Assembly: GCA_045546275.1 (NCBI GenBank)
Contig: JAZQCM010000001.1
Location: 55,079 to 119,078, forward strand
DNA: 64,000 nt
DNA from: Clostridia bacterium
GTDB lineage: Bacteria; Bacillota; Clostridia; UMGS1883
Direction: 5' to 3'
The translations under genes and the position numbers were made by a program. Of the stretch, positions 1-8,500 are shown in pieces (within the stretch, counting starts at the first letter, position 1; the number at the start of each line of letters is the position of its first letter). The notes below the pieces were generated by a model that was not told where the DNA came from, ran no database searches, and was given only the letters and a program-made list of their open reading frames with translations.

Positions 1-2177
1 TCCAGCTTATGGGTAACGACATGCTTGTTACAAGAAACCGCATTGTGAACACATGCTACAATGCAAATGATATGGCACCCATTTATACAGGCAGGGATTG
101 GTCATGGCTCGGTAACGAAATATCCTATAACTATATCGAAAATGTTCGCTATTCCGACGCTACGAACTTCAATTTCGGCATATATATGGACGATAACGCA
201 TCAGGTGTTATAATAAAGAACAATATTTTCAAGAACGTAGGAGGTAATGGCGTTTATCTTAATAAAGGGTACGGCAGCTATGTTGCGGATAATATTTTCA
301 TAGATTCTACAGGTCCATATTACCGCTATCTTACTGCAGGTAATGAGGGCTGGAAACGTCCTATCCCCAACGAAAAGGCGTTAAAGTATCGCTTTTATGA
401 CATGCTTAGGACACAGAGCGATGCCATAGCCTCAGGTGACGAGGCAGTCGCTTCTAAAAAAGGCTACTGGAACAGTGCTGAAAACATTGCTTATTGGATT
501 GAACACTATAACACTCTTTATAACTCGTTTGAGGGTAAAGCCGATTTTGACTTAAGTAAAATGTATTTCCCCGAAGAGGGCGATGCAAGTGCGAATGTTT
601 GGCTTGCTGAAAATGCAGTTGTAAACCAGAATCATAATACAGTTATGCGTAACATTACCGTCAACACAGCCGATTTGTGGATTAAGGGCGGTTTGTACAA
701 CAACGTGAATGTATCTGATAAGGGAAATTTTGATGCCTACAGGCATCGTGCCGACAGCACAGCTTCACTTGGGCTTAACACCGAAACAGGCAAAATTTCA
801 TCAACAAGCTCTCTTGTAAGCGACTCCAATTACGGCAAGGCATGGGTTGATGAATGGAACAATAATTATTCAATTGAAAATGCAGGCGTAAACAGCGTTG
901 ATAAAGAAAAGCTCTTTGTAAAAATTAAGGAAGCAGAAATAATAGATAATAAGAGCGAAGCTTTACAGAGTGCGCTTGCAAATGCACATAGCACATCTGC
1001 AGACCCGAATAGCACAAAGGCGGAAATTGATAATGCCTATAGCGCACTTTTTGAAAAGCTTTCCGAAATAACAGACCAGTATGAGCTTAATTTGTACAAT
1101 GCGCAAATTTCCCTTGGTGAAGCTTTAAAGCTCGAAATTAAAGGCAATGCTGAAAATGTTTTGTGGTACACAAGTGACGAAAGCATTGCAATTGTTGACA
1201 GAAAAGGTAATGTGTATCCCGTAGCAGAGGGCAGTTGTAAAATTACAGCCTGTGTTGAAGGAGTGGAATTTATCTGCCGGGTGACAGTTGAGGGTGTCAG
1301 TGAAGAAGGCGAAATCGAAATTGATTCCTCAAGCGTAAAGGTAACAAGCCAGGAAAGCAACAATAAGGGCATAAGTGCTGTTGATAACAATCCAAACACC
1401 CGTTGGGCTGCAGCACATGTTGACTACAATCCATATCCTCAGTCCATCGAATTTGATCTCGGTAAGGAATATGATATCGGACAGATTGATATAAGCTTCT
1501 ACTATTCAGGCACAGCAAAGGATAAGGACCGTGCCTATGAATATGCCATTTACACAAAAGGCGAAAACGGCGATTGGAGCATGCTTATTGACAAGCGTAA
1601 CAACACTGACAGAACAAGCTTTGTAAGCTTATTTGCAGATGCGGAAAATAAGTCGCGTTATGTTAAAATTGAAGCCTATAAATGTGATAAGGGAGGCTTG
1701 GCGGCACTTTCGATTTACGAAATTGACCTTTGGAAGAGAGGAAACGAAGTTTCTTATGAGAAGCTTTGCACCGACGAATTGAATGCAGCAAATAGTATTG
1801 ATTGGGAAAAGAATGACAAAGTTCTTAAACCAAGTGTTGAAAAGGCAATCAAAGATGCCGAAAATGCAGTCGATAAGAAAACTGCCTACGAAACACTTCG
1901 CAATGCTATGCTTAAGATTGAAGGCAGGGTTGAGTATATTGCATCAGATAATGGCTTTGTGTCCTGTTGCGTTCCGAAAGGCACAACAGGACAGCTTATT
2001 GTGGCGATATATTCATCCGATGTAATGACAAATGTAAAAACATACCCTGTTAACACAAAACGTGGAGAAGTTTTTTCCGACGTTCTTCCCGAAATTCCGT
2101 CGGGAACAAAGGTTAAAATCATGCTTTGGGACGATTATGACAACCTTGAGCCCGTAATGGAATATATAATTGAATAA
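1..2177 (+). CDS. 3' portion of a large secreted carbohydrate-active enzyme; start lies upstream of window; right-handed beta-helix repeats, Big_2 Ig-like domain, C-terminal F5/8 type C discoidin (CBM32-like) domain
   Basis: The reading frame is open from the window edge with no start codon. Beta-helix repeat motifs such as NNIFKNVGGNGVYL and ADNIFIDS are present. The Big_2-like segment reads LKLEIKGNAENVLWYTSDESIAIVDRKGNVYPVAEGSCKITACVEG. The discoidin segment reads NPNTRWAAAHVDY..QSIEFDLGKEYDIGQIDISFYY. A strong hairpin terminator follows the stop. Confidence 0.7.
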   Translation, partial: QLMGNDMLVTRNRIVNTCYNANDMAPIYTGRDWSWLGNEISYNYIENVRYSDATNFNFGIYMDDNASGVIIKNNIFKNVGGNGVYLNKGYGSYVADNIFIDSTGPYYRYLTAGNEGWKRPIPNEKALKYRFYDMLRTQSDAIASGDEAVASKKGYWNSAENIAYWIEHYNTLYNSFEGKADFDLSKMYFPEEGDASANVWLAENAVVNQNHNTVMRNITVNTADLWIKGGLYNNVNVSDKGNFDAYRHRADSTASLGLNTETGKISSTSSLVSDSNYGKAWVDEWNNNYSIENAGVNSVDKEKLFVKIKEAEIIDNKSEALQSALANAHSTSADPNSTKAEIDNAYSALFEKLSEITDQYELNLYNAQISLGEALKLEIKGNAENVLWYTSDESIAIVDRKGNVYPVAEGSCKITACVEGVEFICRVTVEGVSEEGEIEIDSSSVKVTSQESNNKGISAVDNNPNTRWAAAHVDYNPYPQSIEFDLGKEYDIGQIDISFYYSGTAKDKDRAYEYAIYTKGENGDWSMLIDKRNNTDRTSFVSLFADAENKSRYVKIEAYKCDKGGLAALSIYEIDLWKRGNEVSYEKLCTDELNAANSIDWEKNDKVLKPSVEKAIKDAENAVDKKTAYETLRNAMLKIEGRVEYIASDNGFVSCCVPKGTTGQLIVAIYSSDVMTNVKTYPVNTKRGEVFSDVLPEIPSGTKVKIMLWDDYDNLEPVMEYIIE

Positions 2178-2185
2178 TTTTAAAT

Positions 2186-2226
2186 AATGCGACATGGACT
2201 TAAAAAAGATGTCGCATTATTTTATT
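2186..2226 (+). terminator. Rho-independent terminator (stem aatgcgacat / atgtcgcatt, then T-run)
   Basis: A 10-bp perfect inverted repeat at 2186-2195 / 2209-2218 is followed by attttattg. Confidence 0.7.
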
Positions 2227-2252
2227 GCAATTAATTTTTTGTATTATATAAT
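2225..2252 (+). promoter_or_regulatory. sigma-A-type promoter TTGCAA-16-TATAAT for the 2281 gene
   Basis: ttgcaa at 2225-2230, a 16-nt spacer, tataat at 2247-2252. The GAGGTG RBS lies 9 nt before the ATG at 2281. Confidence 0.5.
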
Positions 2253-2280
2253 TAAAGCATAAACAAATGAGGTGATGGTT

Positions 2281-5200
2281 ATGAGAAAATTGTTTGCAAT
2301 AATTATTTGTAGCTGTATATTATTTACAGCACTACCCATACATGCAGCAGAAAGAGAGTCTGATATCATGGAAATTTATGTATCACCATCAGGAAATGAT
2401 AATAATGACGGAAGCATTGGTAATCCTGTAAAATCACTTTTAGTGGCACGCGATATGGCAAGAGAGTGTGAGGGAGAGGTTGAAATTGTTCTCTTTGGTG
2501 GAGTGTACTGTCTTTCAGAAACTCTTATGCTTGATTCACGTGACAATAACACGAAATGGACAAATTACGAAAACGAAATGCCTGTTATAACAAGCGCAAA
2601 AAAAATAGAGGGCTGGTCACTTCACGATAGCGAAAAGAACATTTATAAAGCAAAGATTGAAGAAGGCTTTATAACACGCCAGGTTTATTTTAATGGCGAA
2701 AAGGCAAAAAGAAGTCGCAGTATTTCATACGATGGGGGCTATCTCAATCTTGACCGCACTTGTGAATTAGGATTACGTTCAAGAAACAGCAGAGAATTCT
2801 ATTTTTATCGTGAAGAGGTTAAAAACTGGAATAACTTTGAAGATGTTGAAATACATCTTCTTTCAGCATGGGTTGACAATGTTTTCAGATTGAAAAAGTA
2901 TGATAACGAAAATAACTTTGTCAACACAACTGTTGACAACGGTGGTACAGAGGGCGTAGTTGATGCTGCTGCAATAAAAATACAGGATATTGAAGCTGAG
3001 CGTATTTTTAATCGTGCACATCCTGACCTTACAGGCTCAACACGTGGCTATGCATCCAGAAGCTATTACTACTTTGAAAACGCCTACGAATTTATAGACG
3101 AGGACACCGAATGGTATCTTGACAGACACACGGATACCCTGTATTTTAAAGCGCCTTTGGGTACGGATATGGAAGAGGCAAGCGTAACCGTACCAACTTT
3201 GGAAACTCTCGTGAAAATTGAAGGCGACAAAGACAACAAAGTAGAAAACATAACCTTTGAAAACATAGCCTTTGAATGCACAACATGGACAAGACCATCC
3301 AAGGAAGGCTTGGTTGGTGCGCAGGCGTGCCAGTATACATTGACGACCACATTGGATAATGAAACGACTGTATACCATGCTCCTGCCGCCTTTTATGCCG
3401 AATATGCTGACAATTTAATTGTACAAGGCTGTACTTTCCGTAAAATGGGTGCAATGGGTGTAGATTATTATGAAGGCGTTACCAACAGCGGTATATTCAA
3501 TAACGAAGTATATGATGTTGCTTCAAGTGGCATTTCTGTTGCAAAATTTGTTCAGGATGAACAAACCGAATATCATACTGCATATAACCCTGCCGATAAA
3601 AGCGAGATATGTAGAAATATTGATGTTATAAATAACTCTGTTCACCATATTGGCACAGAGTATGAAGGTGCTGTTGGTATTATTGCAGGTTATCCGGAGA
3701 ATATTATAATTGCACATAATGATATATATAACACTCCTTATTCAGCTATTTCCGTGGGTTTTGGATGGACAAGCGATGATAACGCAATGAAGAATAATAT
3801 CATCTATGCCAATAAGCTTTATAATATCGGTGAGGTGCTTTGTGACTTTGGCGGTATATATACTCTTTCAAAGCAACCGGGCAGTGTTTGTGCAAGGAAT
3901 TATATAAATAACGTAACAAGAAAACCTTGGTTTGATTACGGTTATGCGGCAATGTATTTTGACGAGCAGACCGAAGGTTACACAATATGTGAAAATGTTT
4001 TATGCAACATAGGAAGCGATGCCTGGGGCGGAGGTATTAACTTTAACGGCTGTGCATCAAAAAACACAACAAAAAATAATTACATAAATAAGAGCGTAAA
4101 TACTGATGAGGTAACAAAGTCTGTTTGTAATGAAGCAGGTATTATTGAAAATGCAGATTGCACACTTCTTGCCAAGGAGGCAGAGGATTATCTTGATAAA
4201 ATTATTAATCCAGAGGAGCCTTATGATGCGACGGATTATTACGTTTATAGGGAAATAATGCCTATAAAGGCTACTGCAACAGCGGTAGACGGAACAAGCG
4301 ATGCGTCCTACGCAATTGACAAGAAGGAAAACACTTCCTACACTCTTTCGGGACAGACTGCCCAGGGCATGAGCGTTCAGTACCTTTTAATAGAGCTTGA
4401 CGGTGAAACAGTAATAGATAAAATCGTTATCGGAAGAGAGTATAATGCAGTAGGTGTAACTGATAACACTTATTGGGCAGACTGGTGCCTGGCTGTGGGC
4501 TGCGAATTGCAGGGTTCTATGGATGGCGAAAATTGGGAAACAATCGGCGTTATGAATACATGGCCTGACGGAACGGGTGAAATGAGCGAGGATGTATATA
4601 ACATTGAAAATCCTGAAGCATATAAATATGTTCGTTATATAAGAACAAAGTATAAAACGGGCAGTGACTATGCTGTGTGGAAGTTCCCGACAGACGGCGG
4701 AAACCGCTTGAATGTTAAAGAAATAAGCTTCTACGGAAAAACAAAAGCTGAGAGTATTGAACCTGTTAATGTGTCGGCAACTGCCTGTGACACAGAGAGT
4801 AGCCCTTATTATGCTATGGATAAAGACAATTCTACATCTTACACGCTTTCCAATCAGACAGCAGACAGCATGGAAAATGAATATCTGTTAATTGAGCTTG
4901 ACGGTAAGCGAACTGTTGACAAAATAATTATCCGCCGACAGTTTAATGCGGCAAATGTAACAGATAACACTTACTGGGCTGACTGGTGCTTAGCTGTGGG
5001 GTGTGAAATTCAGGGGTCTATGGATGGCGAAAAGTGGGAAACTGTTGGTGTTATGAACACATGGCCTGACGGCACAGGTGAAAAAACAAAAGAAGTTTTT
5101 GAACTTGAAAATCCGAAAGCATATAAATATATCCGTTACATAAGAACCAGGTATAAGTCAGGCGGTGACTATGCCGTCTGGAAATTCCCGACAGATGGCG

Positions 5201-5508
5201 GAAACAGGCTTAATGTTAAAGAAATTGAGCTTTATACAGCACAGAAAACAGAAATTGAAGACATAAAAACAGAAAACGGCAATGTTTTCATTACTGTTAA
5301 AAATCCGTACGGGCAGGGGAGCACCCTTTTGATTGCAAACTATAATGGAGATATGCTGGTAAAGGTTTCAACCTTTGCTGTAAAAGAAGATAAAACCGAA
5401 TATAGCAATGCTCTTGAAAAAGGAACAACCTGTATTAAGGCTATGATAATTAATGTTGAAAACATAGAACCCTTATGCAAATCGAAATTGATAATATTGG
5501 AGGAATAA
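2281..5508 (+). CDS. Secreted beta-helix (pectate-lyase-fold) carbohydrate-active enzyme with two tandem F5/8 discoidin (CBM32-like) domains
   Basis: There is a signal peptide, MRKLFAIIICSCILFTALPIHAAE. Parallel beta-helix repeat motifs are HNDIYNTPYSAISVGFGW and NNIIYANKLYNIG. Two roughly 170-aa repeats contain YWADWCLAVGCE.QGSMDGE.WET.GVMNTWPDGTGE and PKAYKY.RYIRT. The first ATG of the ORF track sits directly on the RBS, so the start is placed at 2281. Confidence 0.75.
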   Translation: MRKLFAIIICSCILFTALPIHAAERESDIMEIYVSPSGNDNNDGSIGNPVKSLLVARDMARECEGEVEIVLFGGVYCLSETLMLDSRDNNTKWTNYENEMPVITSAKKIEGWSLHDSEKNIYKAKIEEGFITRQVYFNGEKAKRSRSISYDGGYLNLDRTCELGLRSRNSREFYFYREEVKNWNNFEDVEIHLLSAWVDNVFRLKKYDNENNFVNTTVDNGGTEGVVDAAAIKIQDIEAERIFNRAHPDLTGSTRGYASRSYYYFENAYEFIDEDTEWYLDRHTDTLYFKAPLGTDMEEASVTVPTLETLVKIEGDKDNKVENITFENIAFECTTWTRPSKEGLVGAQACQYTLTTTLDNETTVYHAPAAFYAEYADNLIVQGCTFRKMGAMGVDYYEGVTNSGIFNNEVYDVASSGISVAKFVQDEQTEYHTAYNPADKSEICRNIDVINNSVHHIGTEYEGAVGIIAGYPENIIIAHNDIYNTPYSAISVGFGWTSDDNAMKNNIIYANKLYNIGEVLCDFGGIYTLSKQPGSVCARNYINNVTRKPWFDYGYAAMYFDEQTEGYTICENVLCNIGSDAWGGGINFNGCASKNTTKNNYINKSVNTDEVTKSVCNEAGIIENADCTLLAKEAEDYLDKIINPEEPYDATDYYVYREIMPIKATATAVDGTSDASYAIDKKENTSYTLSGQTAQGMSVQYLLIELDGETVIDKIVIGREYNAVGVTDNTYWADWCLAVGCELQGSMDGENWETIGVMNTWPDGTGEMSEDVYNIENPEAYKYVRYIRTKYKTGSDYAVWKFPTDGGNRLNVKEISFYGKTKAESIEPVNVSATACDTESSPYYAMDKDNSTSYTLSNQTADSMENEYLLIELDGKRTVDKIIIRRQFNAANVTDNTYWADWCLAVGCEIQGSMDGEKWETVGVMNTWPDGTGEKTKEVFELENPKAYKYIRYIRTRYKSGGDYAVWKFPTDGGNRLNVKEIELYTAQKTEIEDIKTENGNVFITVKNPYGQGSTLLIANYNGDMLVKVSTFAVKEDKTEYSNALEKGTTCIKAMIINVENIEPLCKSKLIILEE
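4264..5283 (+). repeat. Intragenic tandem duplication (2 x about 510 nt) encoding two discoidin-type modules
   Basis: The two DNA copies are roughly 80-85% identical across long stretches (tattgggcagactggtgcctggctgtgggctgcgaattgcagggttctatggatggcgaaaattgggaaac versus tactgggctgactggtgcttagctgtggggtgtgaaattcaggggtctatggatggcgaaaagtgggaaac). The protein repeats align over about 170 aa. Confidence 0.85.
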
Positions 5509-5509
5509 T

Positions 5510-8500
5510 ATGGGAAAAGTTAAAAGATTAATGGCACTTGCTTTGTGCGGAGCAATGCTTTTAAGCGTTGTACCGATAAGCGCAGAGGAGGCAGAGTTGA
5601 TGGATACAGCAGAGCTTTATGAAAAAGGTAATTTTGTAAATAGCTACAACCCGATTATAAGTCGTCATACAGATGGCGGAAGCCGTGCATGGCGTGATGG
5701 TATGATTTCGGGTAATGGTGAAATGGGTTATGTTACAAGCGGTGAGCCTTATAACGATGCTTTTATTTTCCAGTATAACTTTTTTAACTATCCGTCTTCT
5801 CAGCCGAGGGAAATTCCCGCTGAATTACCAATGCAGCTGGAAGAGGCAAGAGAAAATGTGTTTAACCTTAACGATGATTGGCTTATAAAAGATGCCAACG
5901 GCAATAGGAGAAGCAGAACCTTTTACTATTCCTATCATCCGGGTCACCAGTTAAGATTAAAAACGAATTACACCGATACTGCAAAGGATTATATCCGTTG
6001 GACAAACTATGAGACGGCAGAAACAGGTGTAAGGTTTACGGATAAATACGGAACATGGGAAAGAGTGAGCTTTACTTCGCAAACAGACAATGTAAGTATT
6101 GCAAAGATTGAAAAGTCATCAATGGGTCAAAAAATCAACATGACCATTTCCATTGACGATATTGACGACATGTGCAAAGCCTGGGACGGGTTAAGCAAGG
6201 TCAGCGAGCAGAGGTATAAGAAAATAGTTCCTTCCGATGGAGCTTACATTGCGCAGATTGCTCATTATCCTTCTTACAGTGCAAGTGAGCTTATTGACGG
6301 CGGTTACGGTGGTGTTACTTATGTTATTGCCGAGGGCGAAGGCGCAACAAAAACACCCGTTACACTTTCAAAGGACGACCCCATGCTTTTAGGCAATAAC
6401 AATGCTTTAGAGATTAAAAATGCTGACAATGTTTATCTTATCACAATTAGTGGCAGAACAAGCTCCATGACAGGACAGACAACTAATGTTATGAGCAAGT
6501 TTGAAAGCATGAATGAATACCCTCTTCTTGACGAAATGCTTGAAAAGGTGGTAGCCGTTAAAGACAAATATACACAAAACGGTTATTTCAGCTATGAAGC
6601 CGCACTGGAGCCTTCAGCAAAGGTTCAGGAGGCAGAGTTTAACCGCATGAGCTTTACTCTTTACGGCGACGAAGAATATGAGGCTTATGACAATAATGCA
6701 CTTATAAGTGCACAGAGAAATACTAAGGGCAGAATTAACCACGCCTTTATGGAAAGAGCCTACGAGCAGGCAAGATACGCACAGATTTGCTGCGGTGGTG
6801 CGTTAGCCCCCAGACTCTACGGCATGTGGGTTGGTGAATGGAACCCCGGCTGGAGAAGTATTTATACCCTTGATGCAAACGTAAACTTACAGGTCAGTGC
6901 TATGAACACGGGTAACCTCAGTGGTGATTTCCAGTACGGTTATATCACATATTTCCTTCGTCATGCACCTGACTTTATGTATAATGCAACCATGGCTTAC
7001 GGCATGCACGATGCAATTCAGCTTAGTGTAAATACCGACTCAGACAGGGCAATGCACGTTGAGTACGACAACTCATATCCCTTCCAGTATTGGAATGCAG
7101 GTGCAAGTTGGTGCCTGCTCCCGATATATGAATACTGGCAGTGCTTTGGAAACCAGCAGATTCCTATTAACGAAAATATGCGTTTTGAAAACCTTCAGCA
7201 GGTTTTAGGTGTTAATGACGGCGGGCTTACAGATGAAGAATACAACGAAATCAAGGAAAGAGGCTATCTTGACCTTGAAAAGGATATTCTTTTGCCCCTT
7301 CTCACAAAGCAGGCGAACTTCTGGGAACAGATTGTAACACCTCGTTACTATATAGGTACTGACGGAAAGGCTTATCACGATGAGAGCAAAACAAAATTAA
7401 ATGAAGGCGAAAAATATATGATTATCCCCACATATTCGCCCGAAAACCACCCTATTGGCTATTACAGTACACTTACCGCCAATGCAACTATGGACATTTC
7501 CGCAGCACGTGATGGCTTGGACATGGTATGCGCTATGGAGGAAGCTGTAAAGAGAGATGGCTGGGAAGCTGAGGTTGAAAGATGGCAGAGCCTTAAAAAT
7601 AATATTGCCGATTATAAATTCGACACCGACGGAGCACTTCGTGAATGGGCGATGGAGGAATACCAGGAAAACAACAACCACCGTCACTTAAGCCATTTGT
7701 ATGTGGCTTGGCCTGCATACGACACACAGACAAACCCCTCCTTGGCAGACGCGTCACTCAAGGCAATCAATAATCGTAAAAAGTACAATACAGGGGATGC
7801 AACAGCCGGTCATGGATGGATGCACCAGGCGCTTGTGGAAGCAAGACTTAAATTAGGCGACAGCATGATGAAGTCGCTCATGAAGATGATGAACGGCACG
7901 GCTTATTATTCATCCATGATGACCGACCATGATACAAACCGCCGAAATGATACTTACTGTACAGACACTGCATTTGGCACATTAGGTGCAGTAAATGAAG
8001 CCTTGGCGTTTTCCAACACAGGACAGATTGAAATTATTCCTGCACTGCCTAAAGATTGGACACGTGGTAAAGTAACAGGATTGATGGCACGAACAAGAGC
8101 TGAAATAACAGAGCTTGAATGGGATATTGAGGGTGGAGTAGCAACAGTTTCCCTTAATTCATCAGAGGATGATAATACAATCCGTCTTTCATGTGGTGAA
8201 GCATGGGCAAAGGCATCTCTTAACGGAGAAGAGCTTGAAATTAAGAATGATGAAAACGGAAACTATGTTGAAGTAACACTTATGGAAAATACTACAACAG
8301 AGGTTGAATTTACACTTTCCGATGCTACCGACGGTACATACTTAATCGAAGAGGATGGAAAGTATCTTCAGGTTGATTCCATTGAAAACGGTTCTGAACC
8401 CATCTGGGGCAATCTTAATGATAATGCATACTGGAATGTGGAAAACACAACAGACGGCTTTATCACAATACAGAACTGCACTACAGGTAAATATCTTACA

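Noticed and set aside
2272-2280. Alternative upstream starts from the ORF track (MMVMRK at 2272). Equivalent N-terminal extensions appear at 11799, 16654, 20612, 22110, 22875, 25131, 28107, 29272, 36254, 38288, 43727, 44955, 51165, 54102, 54778, 55203, 57138, 58119, 59563 and 62954
   Set aside because: In each case the extension either sits on or upstream of the Shine-Dalgarno, overlaps the preceding gene's coding sequence, or precedes a canonical signal-peptide or N-terminus start that has a properly spaced RBS. I trimmed them to the RBS-supported start.
3037-3454. Cluster of 88-113-aa minus-strand ORFs inside the 2281-5508 gene, and similar small overlapping ORFs throughout the track
   Set aside because: They are all embedded antisense or out of frame within long, domain-supported genes. 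None has an RBS or recognisable motifs. They are random ORFs expected at this length.
4264-5283. Direct repeats considered as a possible CRISPR array, minisatellite or mobile-element terminal repeats
   Set aside because: The repeats are about 510 nt, in-frame, and encode homologous protein domains within one continuous ORF. There are no short spacer-repeat periodicity and no cas genes. It is a domain duplication.
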